Positions 41,681-54,155 of a DNA stretch of 64,000 nt are shown here, in pieces. The DNA comes from Haliotis rufescens. Lineage: Eukaryota. The stretch covers positions 45,074,001-45,138,000 of the forward strand of contig NW_025964001.1 in assembly GCF_023055435.1 (NCBI RefSeq), in the 5' to 3' direction. The position numbers were made by a program, and so were the translations under genes. Under the pieces are notes generated by a model that was not told the origin of the DNA, made no database searches, and was given only the letters and a program-made list of their open reading frames with translations. Each line of letters opens with the position of its first letter. Position 1 is the stretch's first letter.

Positions 41681-42714
41681 CCGATGTTGCGTGTGGATCA
41701 GTGCAACTATCATCACACATTTGAATAACGGATATGACATGTTGTGTGTGTATCCGATGCCATACAGGCAGGGCCCAGCCTGAGTGGTAAGTGATACCAC
41801 ATAGCATATGCATAATGCACTGCATTCTGCCATTAAAGCCTTGTGACGAATAAAAGAATCCAATATCTCTTAATCTTTCCGCCTGGTTAACCAACAATCG
41901 TGCATTATCTATACCATCGTCAACATGCTTCTTTTCTTTACGCCGTTCAAATAATGGGGGATATTGATAATTTCAGTTATCAGGAGAATTTCTTTTGAAT
42001 CATTTTTTGAAAATTCTGCAGCGCCATTAATTTTTCACAGAAACTTGATACTTTTACGCCGTGGAGCCTTGGGTTTTAATTGCTCACGGTTAATCACGGC
42101 ACGCTTGGGTTGTTCTTCACAACGAACCGCGTTCTCGGTGCCATTCAATGCCCAGTGTATTCAAGATATCGGGCTAAAGCGTTTGAGCGTTGCCTTGTTC
42201 ATCCATTCATGCACCTCGTGTTTTCCGCACCCATACAATAGTTTGTGAAAATCCTTTCTCCCAGATATCGAATGTGTATGTTTTAGAAGGATGAAAAAAG
42301 GCTTAATAGTTCTGGTTAATTGTGTAGCGCGTCCGCCGCAAGGAGCTGACGGTGAAGAAATATGGATCATAAACGATCAATTTAACGGATTTATTTTTAG
42401 AATGTGGTACTTATATCAACATCAATATTATAATATATCAGATATGTCGCACGTGGAAGGTGCGAAGTTCACACTACCTACATGCTAACATTACTCTCAC
42501 TGGTTGAAGTTACAGTTCCAAGATGTCGGTATAAAGAGGCAAGGCTGGCAACATTTAAATGTTACCTCCTCATTTAAATGTTCAGGGTCAGTCCTTTTCG
42601 TTAAAAAGAATAGTGTTATATTGTGTTTCATTTGATTCTTTTAAAAAAACATTCAAAAACGGTGTTATGTATTTATCTTTCTCTGTACGAAAATAGTGGT
42701 TCAGGATGGTCAAT

Positions 42715-43527
42715 AGAGGTTATCACGCGAGTGTGTTTTGGGATGGTAAATATCCTGTATTAGTAATAAACATTGTATTAAGCGAGCCTTGGCGAGCTAA
42801 ATACATAGTGTTTATTTCTAATACAGGATATTTACCATCCCCAAACACACAAGCGTGATAACCTCTTTATCATATAATGTCATTCTTTAATTCTGTGCTT
42901 CAAAATCGCTTTCCCTCTCTCACAAACATTACCGAAACATTGTGAGTTTTCCTGGAATGCGCGCATTAATATTTATTACGTCACAGGGTAGGTGATGTGT
43001 CAGTCGGACAGTGACAGTAGCCCATATAGTTCCAACTGAAATCTGTTTCTTACACAGTGGCGAAGCAACATATACGCAAAACAACAATTGTTTTTAATTG
43101 CCTTTCGCGGCAATCCATCGGTCTGTCCGCTAGAGTAACTGCCCTTTGTCAAAGGGAAGCTACTCTAGCCATAGTCTATGAGACGTCAGACGTGCCCTCG
43201 TAAAATTGTTTCGAAATTTATATCTCCAAAGTTGCCGAAACTTATAAAATGCCTTAGCTACGTCACAGTTAGACACTGATTTTCAGTATATTAGACTGTT
43301 CTTTTGATAATGATAGCAATTATAGCTGTAGTTTATCCAGATTCCCGATGGTTAATTCTGACTCGATCGCCGAATGACGAGGGCGACGCCGTGTTTGTTT
43401 ATAAACAGTGAAAGTAGTCCCTACTTGACCTTTGATATTTGCATCTCTATCCGCATATGACCCCAACGGATATCGTTTTTATCCGTTGGCTTTATCCTGC
43501 CGAGAAACCCACCCATTATATGATAAA
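42715..43527. mobile_element. Putative non-autonomous DNA element: terminal 152-bp hairpin plus 14-bp subterminal/terminal inverted repeat
   Basis: About 70-bp inverted arms at 42715-42866. TTTATCATATAATG (42866-42879) is the exact reverse complement of CATTATATGATAAA (43514-43527). Second internal hairpin at 43129-43169. No coding capacity; class unresolved. Confidence 0.6.
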
Positions 43528-43886
43528 ACCAAGTATGGCACCTTTGAAAAAGTACAAAGAAAATTTGATATATCTCGAGGGGATGAAACAGGGCGCAGTC
43601 CTTATGATGACAGGCAATACGACCCTTACGAGATGTAAGGAGTGATTGGGCGCTGCAATAAATGAAGTTTGTCACGCAAGTTATGGAATATGCCTTACGA
43701 GCTAAGAAGTCTGTTAATGTGTCCAGACTAAAAGACAAAAGGGAAATATAAAACATTGACAACAACGTCAACTAATACTTAAGAAAGTTGCAGTTCCCTT
43801 CGTGCCCAATGCACTAGCGCCTTTCACGTACATATTCTTGTACGAAAAATCTTCATTGTGGAGCTAAACTAACTACTTTTTCTTGT

Positions 43887-44126
43887 ACCCTTATCCGGGT
43901 TAGAACGGGTCTTCAGCAACCCACTTTTGTCGTAAGAGGCGACCTACGGGATAGGGTTGCCAGAGTCGCTGACTTGGTTGATGCATATCTTCGTATCCAA
44001 ATTGCGTAGATCGATGCTCATGACGTCACTCATTGGATTGTCTGGACCAGACTCGACTGCCGTCATATAGCTGTAATATTGTTGAGTGTAGCATTAAACA
44101 ACAAACAAACAAACAAACAAATAAAC
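43887..44126 (+). mobile_element. Family B retroposon, copy B3 (single hairpin module, 5' end altered or truncated)
   Basis: TCCGGGTTAGAACGGGTCTTCAGCAACCC...GTCGTAAGAGGCGAC...ATTAAACAACAAACAAAC. ACCCTTA on both sides may be the TSD. Confidence 0.88.
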
Positions 44127-44174
44127 ACACTTTAGACCCTTAAGCAAATCGACTGATAGATCAGTGATGATTTG

Positions 44175-45100
44175 TGTCACACCCTATGCAATACACTATG
44201 TCACACACTATGTCACACAGTCAAACCCTATGTCAAACACTATGTCACATACTATGTCACACCCTGTCACACCCTATGTCACACACTATGGCACACCCTA
44301 TGTCACACAATATGTCACACACTATGTCACTCCCTATGTCACACACTATGTCACACACTACGTCACACCTTATGTCACACCCTATGTCACACACTATGCC
44401 ACACCCTATGTCCCACACTATGTCACTCCCTATGTCACTCCCTATGTCACACCCTATGTCACACACTACGTCACACCTTATGTCACACCCTATGTCACAC
44501 ACTATGCCACACCCTATGTCACACACTATGCCACTCCCTATGTCACACCCTATGTCACACCTTATGTCCCGCACTATGTCACTCCCTATGTCACACCCTT
44601 TGTCACACACTATGTCACACCCTATGTCAACACTATGTCACACACTATGTCACACCCTATGTCACACACTATGTCACACCCTATGTCACACCCTATGTCA
44701 CACACTATGTCACACACTACGTCACACCCTATGTCACACACTATGTCACACACTACGTCACACCCTATGTCACACACTGTCACACCTTATGTCAGACACT
44801 ATGTCACACACAATTACACACACTATGTCACACCCTATGTCACACATTATGTCACACACTACGTCACACCCTATGTCACACACTATTTCACACACTACGT
44901 CACACCCTATATCACACACTATGTCACACACTATGTCACATCCTATGTCACACCCTATGTCACTCCCTATGTCACACACTATGTCACACACTACGTCACA
45001 CCCTATGTCACACACTGTCACACCTTATGTCAGACACTATGTCACACACTATTACACACACTATGTCACACCCTATGTCACTCCCTATGTCATACCCGAT
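44175..45100. repeat. 12-bp minisatellite (about 77 units)
   Basis: Units CTATGTCACACA / CTATGTCACACC with variants (CTACGTC, CACTCC). Starts about 50 bp after the tail of B3. Confidence 0.97.
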
Positions 45101-46184
45101 GTCCATACTAAATAGAAAACAAATCGAACATAAAAATCAAAACTATTCGAACCCGTATTAAAAAATTATAACTTCGCAAGATGAAAAACTGTAGTTGGTA
45201 GAATAAGATGTTGGTCAAACATCATATATCCAATTGTCACACGACCTCACAGATCGAACACCAAAGACATTTATTTCAGTGTATGGAGTATACATAGGCA
45301 ATAGATATGGATGTTCTACAAGACTGGGTTTAACGCCTGTTTCACTGACAAGCCCCCAATATGGATATGTATGAGCATTATACGGGACAAACTACACGCG
45401 AAGGTGGGCATTACGTACATGGTCATTACCTTGTAGGATCAGCTGGCAAAGCGACTACAGCTGCTTAGTCCAACATGCTTGTTGCTCCATTTCACATGTC
45501 ATGTTAAAAATGTCCCCGTGCTTTCCATGTCGATTGCACGAAAGAGATGGGAGGGTCTGAGAGATTGTACATATCATAAAAGAATTATTGATTTTTGATG
45601 TTCCATTATAGTTGATGACAATCCGCGAAGTGAGTGATGAGAGATAATTTCAACTATCAAGCGAACCAACAGGCTTTTGCAATAATGAAGAAACGTCATA
45701 CAAAACGTCGATATCGAATACCGTTTGCCTCTAATCGCTCTTCCGTCGCGGTTCACAAGGGGAGGTTACTGTGGACGCCTTTGTGACGACCCGCTAATGA
45801 TAATATTGATGTTTTTGAATGAATATTTCACGCAATTGTTCCGATAGGATCCACACGTATGTTTCAAGGTTGTGCTGATTACATCATGAATGTTGATATT
45901 CATGCTTGACTTGGGCGGTTTAATTTCCATTAACAGCCCTTATGAAGGATTGTATACTGGATGATCGATTTCGGCACAAATGGTATCTAAGACCAGGTGT
46001 ACCGGAGATCAATCAAGGCTTATTCCAGATTTTATTTTTATGAACACGTGCTCATTGTCTTCTAATTATGGTAAGAATGAGGATATTCGGTCCTGTTTGT
46101 TTATTGTAAAGTTATGGTGATGATGGAGGTTGTGGTGGGGATGGTGGAGGTTGTCGTGGCGGAGGTTGTGGTGGAGGTTGTGGT

Positions 46185-46459
46185 GTTTTGTTTTGTTTGT
46201 TTGTTTATTCTTTAACGCCGCACCCAGCAATATTCCAGCTGTATGACGACCGTCTGTAAATAATCGAGTCCGGACCAGGCGATCCAGGGATTGGCATCAT
46301 AAGCACTGATCCACGCAACTGGGACACGCTGACATGCGTCAACCACGTCAGCGAGCCTGACCACCCGATCCCGCTAATCACCTCTTACGACAAGCATTGT
46401 CGCCTTTTATGACAAGCATGGGTTGCTGAAGACATATTGCAACCCGGATCTTCCCGGGT
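46185..46459 (-). mobile_element. Family B retroposon, copy B4 (two hairpin modules)
   Basis: Reverse strand reads ACCCGGGAAGATCCGGGTTGCAATATGTCTTCAGCAACCC...GCTGGAATATTGCTGGGTGCGGCGTTAAAGAATAAACAAAC. Sits between GGAGGTTGT-type and GTA-type simple repeats. Confidence 0.9.
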
Positions 46460-46593
46460 GGTAGTGGTAGAAGCAGTAGTAATAGTAGCTGTAGTAGTAG
46501 TGATAGTAGTAGTAGTTGTCGAGCTGTATTAGTGGTAGCTGTAGTAATAGTAGTAGTAGTAGTAGTAGCTGTAGAAGTGGTAGTAGTGGTAGC
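46460..46593. repeat. Imperfect (GTA)n microsatellite running into an assembly gap
   Basis: GTAGTAGTA with GTG/GCT/ATA interruptions up to the first N. Confidence 0.93.
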
Positions 46594-46777
46594 NNNNNNN
46601 NNNNNNNNNNNNNNNNNNNNNNNNNNNNNNNNNNNNNNNNNNNNNNNNNNNNNNNNNNNNNNNNNNNNNNNNNNNNNNNNNNNNNNNNNNNNNNNNNNNN
46701 NNNNNNNNNNNNNNNNNNNNNNNNNNNNNNNNNNNNNNNNNNNNNNNNNNNNNNNNNNNNNNNNNNNNNNNNNNNNN
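46594..46777. other. Assembly gap (184 N)
   Basis: Run of N characters. Confidence 1.
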
Positions 46778-47155
46778 AAGTAAAATAAGCAGCCAGTGTA
46801 TCCAACCTCAGTTCTAACATTACCGATGGGGATGACGGAGCAGCCTGGGCCCCCCACAATCTGACATGAGGATCGGACAGACAAAGTGGCTTGTGTGTCA
46901 CAACTACCTGCCGTGCTGCCCTTGTTGTGTGACTGTCTCGAACACCAGTCACTTACACACTCTTCATTCATAGTATCGTAGTCTACATACACGGATTAGA
47001 ACTATTATCTGACTTAAGATATAATACCTCAACTTTGCAGAACCAGCACTATGGTGACGATGGAGATTTCTAACCGCCCATACTTGTGATAAGAATTGGC
47101 TGAAAGGGAGATTGGTTTGCTTACAAGGATTGTGTGTCACGTGTACCACGATAAC

Positions 47156-47397
47156 GTTGGTTGTGCTATCAACCACTGGTTTGTGTGTTGGTCGTGCTAT
47201 CAACCCCTGGTTTGTGTGTTGGTCGTGCTATCAACCCCTGGTTTATGTGTTGGTCGTGCTATCAACCCCTGGTTTGTCTGTTGGTCATGCTATCAACCCC
47301 TGGTTTGTCTGTTGGTCGTGCTATCAACCCCTGGTTTGTGTGTTGGTTGTGCTATCAACCCCTGGGTTGTGTGTTGGTTGTGCTATCAACCACTAGT
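47156..47397. repeat. 31-bp minisatellite (about 8 copies)
   Basis: Unit GTTGGTCGTGCTATCAACCCCTGGTTTGTGT with few substitutions. Confidence 0.96.
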
Positions 47398-47430
47398 TTC
47401 TGTTGTCCAGATTCGAATACTTGCTGGTCG

Positions 47431-47680
47431 ACCCGTGAAGATCCGGGGTAGAAAAGGTATTCAGCAAACCCCACGATTCCTGTCAAAGGCGACCATACTT
47501 GTCGTAAGAGTCGACTAACGGGATCGGGTGGTCAAGCTCGCTGACTTGGTTGATGCATTTTATCGTATCCCAATTGCGTGGATCCTCATGATGTCAATCA
47601 CTTGGTTGTTTGGTCCAGACTTGATTATTTGCAGACCGCCGTCATATAGCTCGAATATTGCTAAACAACAAACAAACAAA
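47431..47680 (+). mobile_element. Family B retroposon, copy B5 (two hairpin modules, short 3' deletion)
   Basis: Starts ACCCGTGAAGATCCGGGGTAG and ends in (AAAC)n. TSD ACTTGCTGGTCG (47419-47430) / ACTTCCTGGTCG (47680-47691). Confidence 0.93.
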
Positions 47681-50600
47681 CTTCCTGGTCGCCGTGATAC
47701 AGAGTTTACCTGCATGATTGTAGTTGCTTTACTCATATTTTCAATTCTCAAGAAATAACTTGAAAATACAGTAATTAGTAAACTCGGATATATGCCCATT
47801 ATAAACCACAGACACCAGACCCTACACAACCCCCCTCCCATGTAATAATGATATCACGCCCTTTGACACCCAATCCGATGAGAAAATATTCCCCAAATGA
47901 CTTTCAGTGACTCAGTTCACACTATAAACAATCATCAGTACCGTTTTACCAGACAGAATTCACTTCTTAGGGTATCAAAGAAATATGATCGGATTAAATA
48001 GAATACGTCTTTTCGGAGTAACCTCTCATCTAGATTCGATCGAATGATTTTAGTCAACAATCAACCTCCGTGAACTCAGATTCCTCGGCTTTGCCGATTG
48101 CCTCATAAATAAAGAAGTATGTCTGTAATCAAACAATTGTCAAATTTCATCGTCTACGTATGTTGTGTCTTGCCAAACAAGCCCAGTAACAAGATTAATC
48201 GGAACAGAAGTGAGTAATTTGGAAAAACTCCATTTCTGATAACACTATGTTCCATTCCCATTCCTCGTCATGTTAATTACTGTGTGTGGCCATGTTGTTT
48301 GTGAGACGTTGTCATTCACACGTCATCAGCGACTTATTCAGGACAGATTGCGTCTTTCTCGATAAACTATTTTAGTGGGTTTTGGGGGTGTTTTATATAT
48401 AAAACAATGTAAGCCGCATATACAACGTAAGCCAGAGCGGAGACAATGATTCGTAGGTAATATGTCACATGTATTTATTTGTTTTCTTGATTGTTTATTC
48501 GTTTGATTGATTATTTTTAATTCATTCATTCAATTATTATTCAATCATGAGTCATAATTGAGTATAATCAGCTTTTTATTAATTTTGTATTTCCCTTTCT
48601 ATATTCATGTAAATATTTATCTTTCTATCTGTGGCAATGAATTATTCAATTAATGCATTATTCATGTATTATTTATGTATCTATCTTTCAATCTACTTGA
48701 CAGTCTATTATGTTTGTGTGTTTAGAGGGGGGGGGGAGTTAAAATTCAAAATATTCAATTTTTTATGGACCTAAAATTTCTTTTGATGATTTATTCGGCT
48801 TAATATTCTCCATAAACTGCATACTTAAAGTGTTTCAACATTGAAATAGCTCAGTAATTTACTATTCATTGATTTTGTATGTAAATGAATTATCATGAGC
48901 AAGGACGTGGGGAGTCATCACGTTATACTTTCTAATTTCAGTAATAAAGTGTTCTAGTGACATAAAAACGGAAGACCCACTACAAAAGGTCACCAAATCG
49001 TTGTCTAAACACACTTACAAGATCGCTTGTAAAAGGTCATTGTTTTGTTTTTTCGTTGCCCTGACATGCTCAGCTGTCAATCAAAACTAATACCAGTTCC
49101 TATTTTGTCATTTTAAATACGATGCCTGCTACGCCTTGCCGATATTGCAGCGAAAAAGTTGACGGAAATTGCCGATTTTCACACTTATATCCAGCAACTC
49201 GAAATCGGAATCTCTTTTAACAAAATGTCAATTTCAGCTGATGAAAGCCCATATATTCGTTATTTTCTCGCACATCCGTTCAATTTGACCGCGCGTGCCA
49301 AAGTTAACGGACTGATTGCCATCGCCCATCCAACCCCGTTCTTCTGGATCAACGGAATTATGAGAGCAGCCATTTTGAACTTTCTGACAGGCATGATAAG
49401 AGTGTGAGGCAGTATCAAAACTGTCCACTTACAAACAGAATATATATCGCTGTTGCCAAAACACCCACGTATTCCAGATAATAATAATATGACGGGATTA
49501 TAAATGCTTTTAGAAAAATAAGATTGAGACAGAAAATGTAAAAAATAGGATTTCGCACCGTCTTGACGCTGACACGTTCCCCGTGTTCTCCGGAATCGCT
49601 AGAAACCGTCAAAGGGAGATGCACCTTTGATTAAAACGTTAAATTCCTGTTTCAGACTTGATGCTAAAATCTCAATCTTGCCCTGATAAATATAATTGAG
49701 TTGATAAGGACATCGAATTATTTTTATCGAGTCTTATTGAAGGCGCCACGGATATAGATTTTTGAGAAGGAACGCTATCGAACTCATTTGCATAGTTAAT
49801 AACTGATTGCGGCCCTCGACTCTCGAGATGAGTACTTTGTGACTGCCTGGGCTACGAATGCCCCGATAAGTATCATGTTTTGATGAGGTAATTTACATAT
49901 CAATCTGGACCCTGCCTGCAATACTTGTAGCAAAACAGGCCATTCGTCTTTGAGCAGCCCTGTGATAATTATACACGACTCTAGCCGGACATGGCCTGTT
50001 CAAGTCTATGGTGTCTAGGGTCGATTGATGTTGCGTGCTAGTTCCACTACCGTCGACGCCATTTTGGCTAGCAAAGCGAGAAAGCCCTGTGTTCGTCACA
50101 TTACGTTATGGGCTATTGGCGCAATTAAAACCCCAAGGATGGCGCAACTATCAGTTTACACCTGGGTTCGTTAACTCGGTTTATGTCAAAGTTGACACGA
50201 TAAGGGGAGGGGGAGGAGGAGGTAGGGAGGGGGTACCCCTTGGTTCCCTTACATCAGGAGACGACTACCGTTATGACTTACAACAAGAGTCAGATTTAAC
50301 CTTTCACTCATTTTTTGCTAGGGTTTCAAAAAAGGATGGTTGTACAGCTTAAATGGAATTGTCGAAATTAATGCTAAATACCGAAAAATGGTTGGATGTT
50401 AATGTTGTCAATGCGTTGTACTCACCATCACATACATCTGGGAGCATATTTTATATTGTTTCTGTATTGATTGAGACATCGGATAGAGTTTGATTTGGCA
50501 TGAATCCAGGTAATGCCATCGTCTTATATACTAGCTGTGTGTATAGAGTTAAAGGTCATACTCATTAGTAGTCAGTATAGCCTTGAAAATGTCAACACAG

Positions 50601-53600
50601 TAACTGTAACCGAACAACCACACGGCGAGCTTATGAAACCTAGATACATGCACTAATTTTGACACAACTGCCTTATAGAAATAACTATCATATACACGTC
50701 CATGTTCTTTATGTAAAGGTCATACGACTGGTAGTCTGACACGATAACACAACACCTTTCTAAATATCAACCCCATGTAACCAGACATTTCCTTTTCCGA
50801 ACAAATACAATAAAAAACACAATTCTTCATAAAATTCTTTGATCCGCCAATCCGGGCACCCGTCAATATGGACAGGATTCAGGAGATAGGTACACATTTA
50901 CACGTTTCCGGATATTTATAGTCTCTATCAGAATTCTCGTTAGTTTGGAAAGTGGGCCGTATTTATTTGACAGCTTTAGGCATACATTTAAAATGTTGAT
51001 ACCTCGTGCATGACAATAAGGCTTAATGATCGCCATATGATGCGGTACCTCAGTGTTACCTGCGCTACACAAACAGCGCCAGGTGAAGATCTGGCAAAGC
51101 CAATAACAGGGCTCCCACTTGTCTAATAAACCTACAGCACTGATCCAGGCGCTTGTCATAGTGCTGCTACTTGTCCATTTCTATTGTCTTGCTTGGGTTT
51201 ATGAAGTGGGTGGAAACTGTAGAGATTAATTTAAATATCTACAATTCATTTTTATTATGCCTTACAGACAGAATCATAACACGTACATCATTGATCGTTG
51301 TTATCAGTAAATGGAAATGCTCAGTATTTAAACAATCAAAAAACATATTCATGATATGGTTTATATGCAGCATCTAGTATGTATGCCATGAAGTCATGGG
51401 GCTGTGCCCATACTTAGTGAAGCCTCCATGTTTCTCGGAGGTTCGAATGGCACCTGCGTATATATGGCTAAGGTTTATCCAGCTCCAACAATAAAGTATT
51501 GGTGATTTATCAATAATTCTTTAAAATAATATGTCACTCCTTGTTTCTTTGTGAAAGATGTCAGATTGGTCAGGTTACAAGTAACACACCATTGCAATTG
51601 GATAATTCAAATGGTGGTGGTATCTTTCTTTCAAAGTAAATACCACTGAATTACTATATTTCCCAATTAGAGTCGAACATAGTACTTAGCGATCTGTGCT
51701 GTGTGTGTCTCCAGCATATGGGGATCATACTATTACACCCGTAATTCAACGTAAACGACAAAAAGATCCCTTAATCCCGCCCTCATGCCGGCTGATGAGC
51801 ATGGGGGGAGAAAATGAGCTGTGCAATAGCTGCAAAATCTGTCAAGACTTTCGGTGAAAGGTAAGGCTTAAAAAATATGATATCTCGTGCTGACAGGTAT
51901 AGACGAAGTAAATTACCTCCGCCGATGCGAAGTAACACCGCGACATAGAGCTAAGCCTTTGGAGCCGCACTGAGAGTAAGAGATCTTGTAACGATGAGGT
52001 AGGTATTCTCAATTAAATCACGGAATGTGTTTTTAGACGCATTGGTTAATCCCCTGCACGTGCAAAAGCGTCAGAAAGTCGGATTGCGGGCGCGAAGAAG
52101 ATAGCACTTCCTCATTGGAGATGCGCCGAAGCACGACCGCGCATCTCTTTCGAACTTCATCCGCGCGAAGCAGAACGGAACTCTTTTTAATTGCACGAAG
52201 CTCGCTATGAATTAATGACTTTTGAAAATTACAAAAAGATTCGGATTCGGTCTGTTCCCTTCCTGATAAACCTGCAGCTTGAATCGGACAGGGATTTTCT
52301 CATTTGGTGATGCATTGCCTGGCAAAAATGCGAGAAGAAATCGCCGTCGAGTAATCCATCATTCGAAATTGAAGAGAGGTCCAAACCAGAAATTGTCTCC
52401 CGAGTGAAAAAGATTTCCCGGCGATAGAACCTGCCCCGGAATATTGAAATAAGATTTTCGCCGATTTCTGAGACGACTCCACCGCCATTAATGTTTCTTT
52501 TCGTTTTAGTTTTCCTGTAAATGTTCCCTACCAAAATAGTGATTTTTGACGTGATTGAGTAGGCATTACGAAAATGGGAAATGTAGAAAAAACGGACCAC
52601 GGAAGACGGTGTCAATCGTGTTGGTCGGACGAGAGGCCTTAAGAGAATAGTGTTAAGTTAGGACCACCGTTTTCACACTGGCATCGACTAGACACTTCAA
52701 CCATTCAATCAGCAAATCTTCTTCGTATCTGGGTGAAAAGAAGTTCAAGATCGGACAAATGGTTGTCTACCATATTCTGCCTGAAATAAAAACATAACCA
52801 ATTATCGCTCAACTGGTAATCATTCAGGGTTGCTTGATCGTGAGAATGTTAATTCAATTTCTCGATTTTTCTGTTTTATGTGATTTGATTTTGTCCTTCT
52901 CGACCCAATCATGCGATGTGAATAGGTCACTTGAGCGAGTAAATGAATAAAAAAAAATAGATTTATATCAATTTATAAAAATTCTTTCGAAAAAACCCGT
53001 TTCATAGCTGTATTCATTACGCGCTTGCTGAGATTTGTTGTTCGATTTTTTTTCGGATAATCTCGACAATGCAAATTCACATCGAAATCTGATATCAACA
53101 AACCTTTACTCATACAAACACTTGAAGAGGTAAATAATGCCAATGTCCAGTTAGATTGAGGGGATTATTGAAATTATTTCCTCTTCAAGTCTAATATTTG
53201 GTGTATCAATGTGTAAATGTATATATCTGAGATGTCTCTTACATATCAAGGCCTTAATTTGTAAATGATTTATTGCCCTGTTAGCGGGAATCCCAGCAGA
53301 GCGAGACATCTCTCAACTCGTTGATAACTGTCATATTTATTTCATTCAAGAAAGTTATCATCCTGCAATGAACATCATAATAAATAACAGCCTGTTTTTG
53401 TTGTACATTGCACCAATGTCTTTTTCACACGTGTTATACACATTGCTGATCGGCCGTGCCGTCCACATATGTGTGAGATGACTGCTTAATAATATAGTTA
53501 TATCATTGTGAGAAGGCGGGCTTGTTTCTGAATCTTTATGTGTACGTTTCATGCCAATTTCTTGTCGCAAACTAGGCGAAATTAATAACAGCGTAATTAA

Positions 53601-53789
53601 TATGAATATGTTGACAGCTGATTCATGGTAATGATTACCCATTACCTTTGGTACGAACGATTACGCTCTTTTCTCCATCCTTCTTTCATTTTTTGTATCT
53701 CCAATTCATAATGGTGTTCTGCCCTCTGTTTATACTTGTGTTACGTTAACGTGTTTTATCACTGTGTTATGTTCATCTCTCTGCTGGCC

Positions 53790-53960
53790 GGGGCGGTCGG
53801 GTAGCCTAGTGGTTAAAGCGTTCGCACGCCACGCCGAAGACCCGGGTTCGATTCCCGATATGGGTACAATGTGTGAAGCCCATTTCTGGGGTCCCCCGCC
53901 GTGATATTGCTGGAATATTGCTGAAAGCGGCGTAAAACCCTACTCACTCACTCACTCACT
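53790..53960 (+). mobile_element. Family A tRNA-derived SINE, full length
   Basis: Near-identical to 41160-41333 with A and B boxes intact. TSD CTCTGCTGGCC (53779-53789) / CTCTGCTGACC (53959-53969). Confidence 0.95.
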
Positions 53961-54077
53961 CTGCTGACCACCCCAATCACACGGTCACTTGTTGAACCTA
54001 GGCTGCCACACTTAGGAAGCAAAACAATTATTTCAATATTTCTTTCGTTGAATAGTTACTTGGGAATATTATCTTCT

Positions 54078-54155
54078 CCCCCCCCCCCCCCCACCCCCCC
54101 ACCCCCCCACCCCCCCCACCCCCCCCCCCCCCACCCCCCCCCCCCCCCCCCCTCC
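54078..54155. repeat. Interrupted poly-C tract (about 78 nt)
   Basis: C runs of 7-19 nt separated by single A residues. Confidence 0.93.

Noticed and set aside
46378-46992. ORFs spanning the N run
   Set aside because: Artefacts of the assembly gap and the adjacent GTA microsatellite.
4138-52847. Su(H)/CSL YGTGRGAA sites at about 4138, 15929, 19810 and 52839
   Set aside because: About the number expected by chance for this base composition, and not paired or clustered.
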